Assembly: GCA_044358425.1 (NCBI GenBank)
Contig: CP054849.1
Coordinates: 487,131 to 527,801 of the forward strand
DNA length: 40,671 nt
Source: Marine Group I thaumarchaeote
GTDB lineage: Archaea; Thermoproteota; Nitrososphaeria; Nitrososphaerales; Nitrosopumilaceae
Direction: 5' to 3'
This document shows positions 17,941 to 28,000 of the stretch, in pieces. Positions within the stretch are counted from its first letter, which is position 1. Every line of letters starts with the position of its first letter. The notes under the pieces are model-generated. The model worked only from the letters and a program-made list of their open reading frames with translations, ran no database searches and was not told the DNA's origin. Made by a program: the position numbers and the translations under genes.

Positions 17941-18473
17941 GCTTTCCACCAATCTAGTGCAAGAAAATCTACTTTCTCCTTTCCTTTCGGAATAGCTAAA
18001 ATGAATTGTTTTCTAACTGTTGTAGCCAGTCGTCCTGCCAGAACAATTCCTGTAGATGTTATTGGTTCATTTCTGTTATAGACCTGAATTAAAAATGGTG
18101 CATGATCAATTCCTGGACCTTTTTCATATACTGCAAAATCACATCCAAATTTAATTCCCGGATTAATTATGTATCCTTTATCTCTAAAATTTTTGTATAC
18201 AATATACTTTTTTTCAAAATCATGTACTTCTTGTTTACAAATTTCAATCATTTCATTTGTTTTGATTTTTTGTTTTAATTTGGTGATTGTAATTTTTTTC
18301 TTTTCTAACAAGTAATATCCTTCAATCAAATCTAAAATCAATGGAACGTCAATTTCTTCAATTTTTGGTTTAGGCATTCCAATTGGTTTTCCATAATATC
18401 CTTCACTGAAAAGTTTCTTTGAATCTTCTATATTCCATACGATGATTCTATTTTCTATTAGTTCGCTTTTCAT
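17937..18473 (-). CDS. endA: tRNA splicing endonuclease, catalytic subunit
   Basis: GIKFGCDFAVY, PG.DHA, RLA..VRK: Tyr/His/Lys triad. Confidence 0.94.
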   Translation of the reverse strand: MKSELIENRIIVWNIEDSKKLFSEGYYGKPIGMPKPKIEEIDVPLILDLIEGYYLLEKKKITITKLKQKIKTNEMIEICKQEVHDFEKKYIVYKNFRDKGYIINPGIKFGCDFAVYEKGPGIDHAPFLIQVYNRNEPITSTGIVLAGRLATTVRKQFILAIPKGKEKVDFLALDWWKA

Positions 18474-18565
18474 ATTGTTGTTGAATATTCAATGTATATG
18501 AATTCTATACTTTACAACTGACGTTAATTAATTTAAAAATAAAATAGAAATTTAATTATTTTTGA

Positions 18566-19219
18566 CTATAGGCTTAATGCTAGCAGTATGAATGAGTCTG
18601 AAACTCTCTGACATTTGTCGGACATTTCTTCAATTCCTTCAATCACATCTTTGATTAACAACAATTCTTTTGGATCTTTAACCTCGTTGAGAAGTTTGAT
18701 TGTTGCATCTCTGTATTTGATGTCTATTTCTCTTTCAATTGTTTGAGTTTCTTGAGCTAATTCAATTGCATTGGCAGTATTTGTGTTGAGACTTCTAATA
18801 ATTTCATTGAGTTTGTAGACTTCATCTACTACTAATGAAATTAGTTCCGTGATGTCTTTATCAAGTTTTGAACTTTTCAATGTAGTTATTTTTACATTAG
18901 AAAGTTTGAATGCAATTCCTGTGATATAGCCTGCAATCTCATCCATTGTGTAAGCTGTATTTAGAAGATTTTCTCTATTCATGATTAATCCCCCTACATC
19001 TGCAACTTCCCGTGTAATTTTTCTTCTCAAGTTCTCTACTTCTTCTTCAATTGTTGAGATTTGCTCTAATGTGTTTTTAATTGCTTTTTTGTCTTTTTTC
19101 ATTAGGGCTTCTGTTAGTGTTGCAAGTTCTCTTGATGCATTTAGAATTCTGTTGATCTCATCTTGTAAAACTGCTATTGCCTTTCTTTTTGCTTGAACTT
19201 CAAGCTCTCCACTATACAT
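18566..19219 (-). CDS. DUF47 / PhoU-like protein
   Basis: Two helical repeats with E...(D/E) motifs (IEEEVE, IEREID); EEMSDKC. Confidence 0.8.
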   Translation of the reverse strand: MYSGELEVQAKRKAIAVLQDEINRILNASRELATLTEALMKKDKKAIKNTLEQISTIEEEVENLRRKITREVADVGGLIMNRENLLNTAYTMDEIAGYITGIAFKLSNVKITTLKSSKLDKDITELISLVVDEVYKLNEIIRSLNTNTANAIELAQETQTIEREIDIKYRDATIKLLNEVKDPKELLLIKDVIEGIEEMSDKCQRVSDSFILLALSL

Positions 19220-19284
19220 AACATAAAGTCAGATACCTGCTGGTAATTTAAATCCTCTATGGGTTTTGATATTTTTTGAGCGTG

Positions 19285-21051
19285 TTAGATTAAATTTTTA
19301 TCATGTGCAGCTTTATTTTGCCCTTTGTAGAGTGAAATTACTTCATCATCTGTTGATGCATCTTCAGCCATTTTCTCTACTCTAATTTTTCCTGTAAATT
19401 TTGGAAATCTCAATGCTAGTCCTGTGTCCTTTCTTATTTCATTTAGCGCCACTTTGTGAATTGGACTCAATGTAATTTCTGATGCTACAATTTCAATAAC
19501 TAATTCTGGTTCAAACCATACATCTGCCTCCATCTCACTATTGATTCTAGGATTTTTTTTGATGGTAGTTTTTGGATTAAGAATTTGATATAATTGATCT
19601 AAACTTTCATCAGTAAACCCCGTTCCAACTTTACAAATGCTTGGAAATGTGTCTGTGTTTTCATCATATGTTGAAAGTAATAATGTTCCATAACTGCCCG
19701 TTCTTCTTCCTTTGCCAAAAAATCCACCTATGACTACAAGATCTAAACTATCTCCTAATTCATTTCTGTATTCTCTTTTCAATTTTAGCCAGTGACTTCC
19801 TCTTGAACCTGCTTGATATGATTTATCTAACATCTTTAACATCAATCCCTCACTTCCTGCATTAATGCTGTTTTCAAAAAATTCTTCAATCTCATTTTCA
19901 TTTTTTGCTAAAGTCATTGGAATAAATTTTGCAAATTCATTTTCTTGAACAATACTTTCTAATTTTCTTCTTCTTTCTATATAGCTCAAACCTGTACAAT
20001 CTTTTCCGTTACAATAAAGTAAATCAAAAAAATTTACTGTAATTGGATATTCTGAAACTGCTTTTTCAATTTTATATTTTCTTCTTCTATGCATTAATTC
20101 TTGAAATGGTAAAAAATCTCCTGTATTTTCATTAATTGCTACGATCTCTGCTTCCATAATTGCATCTTCTGCTTTAATCATCTTTGGAATTTTTTCAATT
20201 ATGTCTGGATAGTAGTTTGAAATCTTTTCTAAACTTCTTGAGAATAATTCTATTTTATCTCCTTCAATGTGAAGTTGAACTCTTTCTCCATCTAATTTGT
20301 ATTCGATTGCAAATTCTTGTCCCATTTTTTCAATTACTTCTTTTTCACTTTTCACTCTATCTGCAAGCATTGGACGAATTGGATTAAACAAATTTACTTT
20401 GAATTTTTCAATTCCTTGAATTCCTTCTAGTGCAATTGTCTCAGCTACTTTTCCTAAATCACTTGAAACATTGTATGCATTTTGTAATTTTTTTCTATTT
20501 TCTTTATCTCCTGAATATGCAATTGCTAATGCATCCATCACTGTATTTTCTGCTATTCCTAATCTTAGCGTTCCCAATAAAATCTTCAAAATGAAGCTTG
20601 CTTCTAATGGATTTGCATCATTTAACAAACTTGAAATGTATTTTATTTTCATATCTTGAGATCTTGACCCTTCTAATTTTGCAATTTTGAATAATGTTTC
20701 ATACACTCTTTCAACTGTAATATTTTCAACAAGAAATGTTGTTTGTGTTTTTTGCTCTAAAATTACTGCAGCAGCATGACCTAAATCTCCTCCTTTTGTA
20801 TATTCATCTTCAATTTTTTTAATTGCAATACCTGATGATTTGGAAACTGCCCTGATTGCTAATTTTTCTGCAACTCCTAACTCAATTCCTTCAAAGTCTG
20901 GTCTTAACTTTCCTTGAATGAGATAAACTATTTTTGAAATTACCTCTTGTGGTGTTTTTTCAAATAATTCTACTAGCAATTGTGTTAACTCTAATCTTTT
21001 TCTTGTCGATTCCATTTTTTCAAAGGAATTAGCTAAAATAGAATACTCCAT
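19285..21051 (-). CDS. lig: ATP-dependent DNA ligase
   Basis: EYKLDGER motif I, EGLMLK, WLKLK, DLVVIG, LRFPKF. Confidence 0.97.
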   Translation of the reverse strand: MEYSILANSFEKMESTRKRLELTQLLVELFEKTPQEVISKIVYLIQGKLRPDFEGIELGVAEKLAIRAVSKSSGIAIKKIEDEYTKGGDLGHAAAVILEQKTQTTFLVENITVERVYETLFKIAKLEGSRSQDMKIKYISSLLNDANPLEASFILKILLGTLRLGIAENTVMDALAIAYSGDKENRKKLQNAYNVSSDLGKVAETIALEGIQGIEKFKVNLFNPIRPMLADRVKSEKEVIEKMGQEFAIEYKLDGERVQLHIEGDKIELFSRSLEKISNYYPDIIEKIPKMIKAEDAIMEAEIVAINENTGDFLPFQELMHRRRKYKIEKAVSEYPITVNFFDLLYCNGKDCTGLSYIERRRKLESIVQENEFAKFIPMTLAKNENEIEEFFENSINAGSEGLMLKMLDKSYQAGSRGSHWLKLKREYRNELGDSLDLVVIGGFFGKGRRTGSYGTLLLSTYDENTDTFPSICKVGTGFTDESLDQLYQILNPKTTIKKNPRINSEMEADVWFEPELVIEIVASEITLSPIHKVALNEIRKDTGLALRFPKFTGKIRVEKMAEDASTDDEVISLYKGQNKAAHDKNLI

Positions 21052-21088
21052 AATCTGGTTCTAACTAATCCTGAATAAAAGTTTGAAT

Positions 21089-21499
21089 CTAGATGTATCT
21101 GAAAACAGTTGGTTTGTCAGAGTCTTTTACATCTGAAACTAATGCAAAATTGTGTAATGGATATGTTTTCTTGTATTGTTTCATGAAACTCCATGCTACG
21201 TCATGTGTTTTGAATTCTGTTCTGATTTCTTCAATAACACTTTGTTCGCCAAATGTGTCTATTGGAACTACTCTGTAACTTTTTGGACGATTGTGTGGTT
21301 TTGCACGTAAAAACCATGAAAATGCAAAAACCAATACTGTTCCTAGGATTACATATTCTCCAGCCACTTTGAAAAATGCTAGTATTACCCCTGGTATTGT
21401 TTGTCCAAATAATACCACAATAAAACTAGAAAATGATACTACTGCTAACACTGTGAAAATATACGTTTTCCAATCAAAGATTCTCTGAAAGGCATTCAT
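21089..21499 (-). CDS. Hypothetical membrane protein
   Basis: Two N-terminal TM segments and a small soluble domain. Confidence 0.72.
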   Translation of the reverse strand: MNAFQRIFDWKTYIFTVLAVVSFSSFIVVLFGQTIPGVILAFFKVAGEYVILGTVLVFAFSWFLRAKPHNRPKSYRVVPIDTFGEQSVIEEIRTEFKTHDVAWSFMKQYKKTYPLHNFALVSDVKDSDKPTVFRYI

Positions 21500-21565
21500 A
21501 CCCTGTTAGTTTACTGCTTTTTTTCATTTAACTATTTCGTAAGATATTGAAATTAAGAATGATCC

Positions 21566-22702
21566 TTAATCTGGATCTTCGTAATTTTCTTTCCTTTCTG
21601 TATTTGTTGGTTCATCTTCCATTGGTTTCATTTTACTTTCAAGAATATCCATTCTTGCACGGTATCCTTCTGCATATTCTAATTCTGATGGAACTAGTGT
21701 TGCTGGATGAATGAATCCTTGACTTCTAATTGCCATTGCTTTCTTTGTAGCAATTTCTCTAATGTAATCCCAATCTGGTGTTGAGAATCCGTCAAACGGT
21801 CCTGTGAATTTTCCATTATGCATACTGAATACTAATGCCTCTACAATTGGAATGCAAAAGTTAATTGATGCTGCTGAATTTAATTTCACTGGCATTAGTG
21901 GCATGTTGTGACTTCCTCTAGTATTACCTGCAACATAGTGTGGATTGTTAAACATACTTCCAACTTCTTCCGTTGCTGGGAAATTTTTCTGTGTTCTAAC
22001 TAAACATATTGGATCATCTTTTCCAACATATGTTCCTGCAATATTGTGAAGTCTATCTGTTGATGCATCTAAAATTGGTTCTCCATCTCTAGTGTAAACT
22101 GAATCAACTACATATCTTCCAGGATACATTAATGCTGCTTCAATTGTTGGTTTGTCCTCCCACAATTGTAATTCTGCAATTTGTGCTTTCTCAACATCCA
22201 TGATGTTGAACTTAACTCCTTTTGCAAGACTTTTGTTTACAATTAATGCAGTGTTACTTAGTGTGTCTACAAACATTCTGTAGATTGGATAGTTGAATGC
22301 ACCTGGTTCTGTTTTGTCTGCTGCAAAAACTGTAAATGCTTCGTTTGGTCTTTCTTCAAACTCTAATTCTGCAACTCCTGGACCCATTCCTTTAACATTT
22401 CCTGAAAATGAATCTCTGAGTAAATCTTGACCTGCACCGTAGAGACCTTCTTTTTTGGCAACCTCTGTTCCTGCCATGAATGCATCCCATGCTAATTTGT
22501 GAATTTTTTCATTATCGACTCCATGTGTATGTGACATAACAATATGGGTGTCATCTCCACAATATCCGATGTAGTGATCTATTAGTAAATCTCCTGAATT
22601 TTCAACGGTATCTCTAATTGCTTTGATTAGTCCGTCACTAGGTTTTGTATGTCCTCCGATCCCTCCGACATCTGCTTTGATAACTGAAACTGTAATTTTC
22701 AT
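21566..22702 (-). CDS. fbp: Bifunctional fructose-1,6-bisphosphate aldolase/phosphatase (class V)
   Basis: SVIKADVG, GDD, GLYGAGQDLL, ADKTEPGAFN, YVGKDDP, RGSH. Confidence 0.97.
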   Translation of the reverse strand: MKITVSVIKADVGGIGGHTKPSDGLIKAIRDTVENSGDLLIDHYIGYCGDDTHIVMSHTHGVDNEKIHKLAWDAFMAGTEVAKKEGLYGAGQDLLRDSFSGNVKGMGPGVAELEFEERPNEAFTVFAADKTEPGAFNYPIYRMFVDTLSNTALIVNKSLAKGVKFNIMDVEKAQIAELQLWEDKPTIEAALMYPGRYVVDSVYTRDGEPILDASTDRLHNIAGTYVGKDDPICLVRTQKNFPATEEVGSMFNNPHYVAGNTRGSHNMPLMPVKLNSAASINFCIPIVEALVFSMHNGKFTGPFDGFSTPDWDYIREIATKKAMAIRSQGFIHPATLVPSELEYAEGYRARMDILESKMKPMEDEPTNTERKENYEDPD

Positions 22703-22832
22703 AATAGTGATTTTTTCTTCTTTGATTTATGTGCTTTTAGTAAAGTATCAAAAACCAAATATTGCAAAAAAAATATTTTTTTTTTGAAAAAAATTCATTA
22801 CAGTAATATATCCCCTCGACAACGAACTCGTT

Positions 22833-24131
22833 ATGGCAGATAAACCACACTTAAACATGATTGTAACAGGTCATATTGATAACGGTAAATCCACAACTAT
22901 GGGTCATTTCTTAATGGATCTAGGAGTTGTAGATGAGAGAACCATTGCAGCACACGGAGCCGAATCCGAGAAGACCGGAAAAGGTGATACTTTCAAGTAT
23001 GCATGGGTTATGGATAACATTAAAGATGAAAGAGAAAGAGGAATTACTATCGACTTAGCATTCCAAAAATTTGAGTCAAACAAATTCTTCTTTACATTAA
23101 TTGATGCACCTGGTCACAGGGACTTCATCAAAAATATGATTACTGGCGCATCTGAAGCAGATGCCGCCATCTTAGTACTTTCAGCAAAAGAAGGTGAAAC
23201 TGATACTGCAACTGCAGCTGGTGGACAAGCAAGAGAACATGCATTTTTGCTTAAAACATTAGGTGTAAAACAAATTATTGTCGCAATCAATAAGATGGAT
23301 GCAGTTGAATACAAAGAAGACGCCTTCAAAGCAGCACAAGAGAAAGGTGAAAAATTAGTAAGATCTGTAGGTTACAAAGTTGATGAAGTACCATTCATCC
23401 CAGTTTCTGGATGGAAAGGCGATAACTTAGTTAAGAAAACTGAGAACATGCCATGGTATTCTGGAAAAACACTACTTGAAGCATTTGATGACTTTAAGGT
23501 AGAAGAAAAACCAACTGGAAAACCATTAAGAACTCCAATTCAAGACGTTTATACAATTACTGGTGTAGGAACTGTACCTGTAGGTAGAGTTGAAACTGGT
23601 ATCATGAAAGCAGGACAAAAAATTATTGTAATGCCTTCTGGTGCACTAGGTGAAATCAAATCAATTGAAACTCACCACACTGAAATGCCAACTGCAGAAG
23701 CAGGTGACAACATTGGTTTCAACCTTAGAGGTATTGAAAAGAAAGATATCAAGAGAGGAGATGTTCTTGGTACTCCTGATGCCCCACCAAATGTAGCAAA
23801 AGAATTCAAAGCCCAAATTATTGTAATTCACCATCCAACAGCAATTGCACCTGGTTATACTCCAGTTATGCACGCACACACAACACAAGTTGCAGCAACT
23901 GTTACTGAGTTCCTTCAAAAAATTAACCCAGCAACTGGTGCCGTTGAAGAGGAGAATCCAAAATTCCTTAAAGTTGGTGATGCCGCAATTGTTAAGATTA
24001 GACCAGTAAGACCAACTTGTATCGAGACATTCCATGAATTCCCTGAAATGGGAAGATTTGCTCTCAGAGATATGGGTGCAACAATCGCAGCAGGAATTGT
24101 TAAGGAAATTACTGAAGAGTACAAACCATAG
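22833..24131 (+). CDS. tuf: Translation elongation factor EF-1 alpha
   Basis: GHIDNGKST, ERERGITID, DAPGHRDF, NKMD, GRFALRDMG. Confidence 0.98.
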   Translation: MADKPHLNMIVTGHIDNGKSTTMGHFLMDLGVVDERTIAAHGAESEKTGKGDTFKYAWVMDNIKDERERGITIDLAFQKFESNKFFFTLIDAPGHRDFIKNMITGASEADAAILVLSAKEGETDTATAAGGQAREHAFLLKTLGVKQIIVAINKMDAVEYKEDAFKAAQEKGEKLVRSVGYKVDEVPFIPVSGWKGDNLVKKTENMPWYSGKTLLEAFDDFKVEEKPTGKPLRTPIQDVYTITGVGTVPVGRVETGIMKAGQKIIVMPSGALGEIKSIETHHTEMPTAEAGDNIGFNLRGIEKKDIKRGDVLGTPDAPPNVAKEFKAQIIVIHHPTAIAPGYTPVMHAHTTQVAATVTEFLQKINPATGAVEEENPKFLKVGDAAIVKIRPVRPTCIETFHEFPEMGRFALRDMGATIAAGIVKEITEEYKP

Positions 24132-24140
24132 GCGTTTTTT

Positions 24141-24449
24141 ATGACACAAACCGCCCGTGTTAAACTCACTTCAACAAGTCTCCCTAAATTGGGTGATGTT
24201 TGTAATGAGATCATGGGTATTGGTAAAAAAACTGGTGTCAAAGTAAAAGGTCCAACTCCGCTCCCTGTAAAAAGACTCCATGTTGCTACAAGAAAATCAC
24301 CTTGTGGCAGTGGAACTGAAACTTATGAAAAATGGGAAATGCGAATGCATAGAAGAATTATCAATATCAATGCAGATGATAAAGCAATCAGGCAATTGAT
24401 GAGACTAAAAATTCCTGATGATGTCTATATTGAATTATCCTTAACTTAA
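24141..24449 (+). CDS. rpsJ: 30S ribosomal protein uS10
   Basis: GPTPLP, RKSPCGSG, MRMHRR; directly after tuf. Confidence 0.97.
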   Translation: MTQTARVKLTSTSLPKLGDVCNEIMGIGKKTGVKVKGPTPLPVKRLHVATRKSPCGSGTETYEKWEMRMHRRIININADDKAIRQLMRLKIPDDVYIELSLT

Positions 24450-24488
24450 TTTGGTATCCTTAAATTATAGAAATTATTGATGATAAAT

Positions 24489-24683
24489 ATGGCTGAAGAA
24501 ATAACTGAAGAAATTGAAGAAACTCCTGTTGAGACATTTGAAGTAAACTATGCATGTTTAAGATGTGGAACAATTGTTTCAAACACAGAACTATCTCGTT
24601 TACCTGAGATCAAATGTATTTGTGGATTCAGAGTCTTCACCAAAGTTCGACCTCCAGTAGTTAAAACAGTAAAAGCAATTTAG
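24489..24683 (+). CDS. rpo12: RNA polymerase subunit Rpo12 (RpoP); start likely ATG 24489
   Basis: Y.CLRCG...IKCICGFRVFTKVRP..VK.VKA zinc ribbon. Confidence 0.88.
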   Translation: MAEEITEEIEETPVETFEVNYACLRCGTIVSNTELSRLPEIKCICGFRVFTKVRPPVVKTVKAI

Positions 24684-24881
24684 TTATCTGTCTTTTTTGT
24701 AACTGTGTACTCTTTGTAAATGAGTTCTCATATCTTCCATATTTGAAAAATTCTTGTTACACTCTTTACAATCATATTCTAAATTTTTTCCGTGTATGAT
24801 TTGTTGATGATTCATCAATTCTTCTTCTTTTGAAAATTTTTTGTCACATTTATTGCATGAATGTTTTTTAAAAAAATTCAC
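24684..24881 (-). CDS. Double C2H2 zinc-finger protein
   Basis: Two C-x2-C-x3-F-x8-H-x4-H motifs. Confidence 0.88.
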   Translation of the reverse strand: MNFFKKHSCNKCDKKFSKEEELMNHQQIIHGKNLEYDCKECNKNFSNMEDMRTHLQRVHSYKKDR

Positions 24882-24882
24882 T

Positions 24883-25293
24883 TTATCCGAACTCTGCTTT
24901 TTTCTTATCCCAGCATTTTCTACATAATTGACCTTCTATTTTCCAATGTCCTTTGGCATTATGTCTAATCAATCCCATTTTTGTTTCGCACACTGCACAA
25001 AAATTTTTCTTTTGATCATGACTTTTTTCTTTTTCATCAAAACAGTTCTTGCATAGCAATCCTTCCATATCCCATTGCCATCTTGGTTCCCATAGATCTG
25101 TAATTTTACCTGTTACTCCACATTTGACACATGGCTGTCTGACTTTACCTTCGTAATATTCTTTTGATTTATCAAAATGACAATCTCCACATAGTGAGCC
25201 TTTGATATTCCATTCTTTTTTTGGTTTATGTCTATGTGTTAGTTCTTTATTACAAATTGTGCAATTGGTTGCCTTTTTACTAAATAATCCCAT
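24883..25293 (-). CDS. Protein with three tandem C4 zinc-binding repeats
   Basis: Three copies of CxxC...W.(I/M).G.LCxxC. Confidence 0.82.
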   Translation of the reverse strand: MGLFSKKATNCTICNKELTHRHKPKKEWNIKGSLCGDCHFDKSKEYYEGKVRQPCVKCGVTGKITDLWEPRWQWDMEGLLCKNCFDEKEKSHDQKKNFCAVCETKMGLIRHNAKGHWKIEGQLCRKCWDKKKAEFG

Positions 25294-25399
25294 GTTCTCA
25301 TTTTATTTCAAAATAATTAATTATTAAATGTAAACAAGTGACTAAGCCTGTTGCTAATTACGATTAAAAATAAAATAAATTAAAAATTTGAAAAACTAT

Positions 25400-25528
25400 C
25401 TATTTGTTAAGGATTTTTTCAAGGGCTTGGCTTGCGTTTAACATTCCATTTTTCTTGGCAAATTCTTCAATCATTTTGTATTGTTTTTCACTAAAACATA
25501 CTGGCATTGATCGTGTTTTCATACTCAT
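25400..25528 (-). CDS. Putative 42-aa ribbon-helix-helix (CopG-like) protein (not in ORF track)
   Basis: MSMKTRSMPVCFSEKQYKMIEEFAKKNGMLNASQALEKILNK*: beta strand, helix, G turn, S-capped helix. Confidence 0.7.
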   Translation of the reverse strand: MSMKTRSMPVCFSEKQYKMIEEFAKKNGMLNASQALEKILNK

Positions 25529-25596
25529 TATCTGAATAATTCACTAATATCCTTTTCTCTGATAACCTTTTTCAAACCGCTTCAATAAGATCCATT

Positions 25597-26103
25597 ATGG
25601 TAAAGAAAAAACAGATCTTAGTTATTGGAAATAATACTACTGGATGTACTCCTAAACATGAAAAAATTGCATATGAGGTTGGTCAAGAGATTGCAAAATC
25701 CGGTTCATTGTTGATCACTGGTGGATTGGGTGGTGTAATGAATTCCTGCTCTCATGGTGCAAAAGACGAAAATGGTTTAACTCTGGGAATTATTCCTCAA
25801 GACGATCCTAAATTTGCAAATGAATTTTGCGACATTGTAATTCCTTCTGGAATGGGATTTACAAGAGATTTTCTAAATGCTTTATCTGCAGATGGAGTGA
25901 TAATTGTTGGTGGTGGTTCTGGAACTTTATCTGAAGTGTGTGCTGCATATATGAGCAAGAAACCCATGGTTGCAATACGAGGTTTTGATAGTGCTATTGC
26001 TCCGTATATTGATGGATATGTTGATCATCGAAAAAATGTAAAAATCATTGGAGCTGATACTGCAAAAGAAGCTGTTGAAAAAATCTTAGATTTAATTTCT
26101 TAA
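25597..26103 (+). CDS. TIGR00725 / LOG (SLOG) superfamily protein
   Basis: TGGLGGVM, G.G..R, GGGSGTLSE. Confidence 0.9.
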   Translation: MVKKKQILVIGNNTTGCTPKHEKIAYEVGQEIAKSGSLLITGGLGGVMNSCSHGAKDENGLTLGIIPQDDPKFANEFCDIVIPSGMGFTRDFLNALSADGVIIVGGGSGTLSEVCAAYMSKKPMVAIRGFDSAIAPYIDGYVDHRKNVKIIGADTAKEAVEKILDLIS

Positions 26104-26318
26104 GATTCTAGTTCTCTAAAAATCATATCTCGCTTTTTTTGTAAATTTCTTATATTTCGTACTAATCTTTTTCTTGTTTCATTAATCCAACTATCTTCGG
26201 TTTTATTATCTCTAAGTAATTTATTGATTATTTCTTTATGTTCTTCTAATTTTTTTATACGAAATTCGGTTTCTGTTAATGCTATTTTTAACAATTCAAT
26301 ATCTTTTTCAAAACCCAA
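26100..26318 (-). CDS. Small coiled-coil hypothetical protein
   Basis: 72-aa charged helical ORF 11 nt downstream of the dehydrogenase. Confidence 0.6.
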   Translation of the reverse strand: MGFEKDIELLKIALTETEFRIKKLEEHKEIINKLLRDNKTEDSWINETRKRLVRNIRNLQKKRDMIFRELES

Positions 26319-26329
26319 ATCACTAATTC

Positions 26330-27469
26330 CTATTGCATTGATATGAGAAGTGGGTCTGGTTTGTAAAATTCTCCGTGTTTTTCTGCCAATTTGTTTAATT
26401 CCTCAACAATATTTTTAATTCCAATTTCTTTTGCTGTTTCAAAAAGAGGTTTTTTTAATCCTAATCCTAATTGTGCTGCTTTTTCAATTTCTTCAATATC
26501 ACTTGCACCATTAGTGATTAGCCAAGCTGCATTGTTTAGAATATTTGCAACTAATTGTATTGGATTGAACTTTTGTGCTAATTCTTCTGATAGTGTAACT
26601 CTTTCATACTTGTCATCTGAATATTTGTAATATCCTTCACCTGATTTTTGTCCTAGTTTCTTTTCATCAAACATTTTTTCTATTGTTGGATGTGGATTGA
26701 TTACTTTTTTATCTCGTAAATGCATTTCTGTGGTTGCTTTATGAATTACATCCATTCCGGTAAAATCAGCTAATTCAAAAATTCCCATTGGAAATCCTAA
26801 CTTGAATTTTACTGCAGAATCTATTTCTTCTAGTGTTGCATTTGTTCTATCTTGTGCAAAACATGCTTCATGAACCATTGGAATGAATAATCTGTTAATG
26901 ATAAACCCTGGAACATCTTTTCTACATAGTACTGCTTGTTTGTTAACTGATTTAACAAATTCTTGAGTTAGTTCTGTTATTTCTTGTCCAGTTTTTTCTC
27001 CAGGAATTACTTCTACTAGTTTCATTAATTGTGGTGGATTGAAAAAATGTATGCCAATAAATTTTTCAGGACGTGATGTTGTATTGGCAATTTCAGTAAT
27101 TGGTAAAGTACTTGTGTTTGATGCAAAAATCACTTCAGGTCCTGCTGCTTTATCTAATTCTGCATAAACTGATTTTTTTAAATCCATGATTTCTGGAACT
27201 ACTTCTATCACTAATTCTGCATTTTTTACTGCCTCATTCAAATCTACAATTGGCGTAATTCTTGCAAATATTGAATCTCCTTCTTCTTTAGAAATTTTTT
27301 CTTTTGAAACAAGTTTATCTAAACTCCATTTGATTTTCTCCATTGCTTTATCTAAAAATTCTTGTTTGATATCTCGCAAAACAACATTGTATCCTGCTGT
27401 AGCTGAAACTTGAGCAATTCCATGACCCATTACACCTGAACCTAATACTGTGATATTTTTTACTGACAT
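26330..27469 (-). CDS. 3-hydroxyacyl-CoA (3-hydroxybutyryl-CoA) dehydrogenase, 3HP/4HB cycle type
   Basis: GSGVMGHGIA, SNTSTL, GIHFFNPP..M.LVE, PGFIINR, PMG.FEL.D..G.D; duplicated C-terminal domain. Confidence 0.93.
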   Translation of the reverse strand: MSVKNITVLGSGVMGHGIAQVSATAGYNVVLRDIKQEFLDKAMEKIKWSLDKLVSKEKISKEEGDSIFARITPIVDLNEAVKNAELVIEVVPEIMDLKKSVYAELDKAAGPEVIFASNTSTLPITEIANTTSRPEKFIGIHFFNPPQLMKLVEVIPGEKTGQEITELTQEFVKSVNKQAVLCRKDVPGFIINRLFIPMVHEACFAQDRTNATLEEIDSAVKFKLGFPMGIFELADFTGMDVIHKATTEMHLRDKKVINPHPTIEKMFDEKKLGQKSGEGYYKYSDDKYERVTLSEELAQKFNPIQLVANILNNAAWLITNGASDIEEIEKAAQLGLGLKKPLFETAKEIGIKNIVEELNKLAEKHGEFYKPDPLLISMQ

Positions 27470-27524
27470 GAATTGACAAAAATTCAGTATCCTTTATAAT
27501 GTATTTCTTCATCTTTGTGATAAT

Positions 27525-27692
27525 ATGGGCTTGTTTAATCGTAAAAAGTCAGATGAGACTAAAACAAAATGTGATGTCTGTGGAACTGAACTTCATGATC
27601 CGGAGAGATTAAAAAAACACATGAAAAAAGCACATGGAAACGTACCTGCCAAAAAAATGGATATGAATGGTGGGGATGGCGGCACTTGGTAA
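27525..27692 (+). CDS. 55-aa C2H2 zinc-finger protein (not in ORF track)
   Basis: MGLFNRKKSDETKTKCDVCGTELHDPERLKKHMKKAHGNVPAKKMDMNGGDGGTW*; TTTATAA box about 26 nt upstream. Confidence 0.85.
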   Translation: MGLFNRKKSDETKTKCDVCGTELHDPERLKKHMKKAHGNVPAKKMDMNGGDGGTW

Positions 27693-27693
27693 T

Positions 27694-27972
27694 ATGAAAT
27701 TAAGTTCCAGTCAACAACAAGGTTTGGTTTTTGGTGGTGCCTTTTTGGTTGCAGGAATTGTTTTGTCTACGATGATTTTTCCTTTTTGGCATTTAATTCG
27801 TGAGGATGTTTTTGAAGATGTTGTTATTTTGAGTAATGATGATGGTACTTGTTATGTTGAAACTGATGATAATGTACCTAAAATTATAGAAAATTGTGAA
27901 TTAGATTCAGGGGATAAAGTGACAATAAAATTTGGTAAGGATTTGGCTTGGGCTACTGTAGTTACTCCTTGA
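27694..27972 (+). CDS. Small single-TM hypothetical protein (start re-assigned to ATG 27694)
   Basis: ATG 1 nt after the zinc-finger gene stop; TM helix then a small beta-rich domain with 2 Cys. Confidence 0.75.
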   Translation: MKLSSSQQQGLVFGGAFLVAGIVLSTMIFPFWHLIREDVFEDVVILSNDDGTCYVETDDNVPKIIENCELDSGDKVTIKFGKDLAWATVVTP

Positions 27973-28000
27973 TAGATACTTTGATATTTTAAAAAATTAT

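Noticed and set aside
22765-22786. A8-TA-T10 palindrome between fbp and tuf
   Set aside because: Low-complexity homopolymer in an AT-rich divergent promoter; no specific function can be supported
27667-27693. ORF-track start MVGMAALGN of the membrane protein
   Set aside because: Lies inside the C2H2 micro-gene 27525-27692; ATG 27694 fits better
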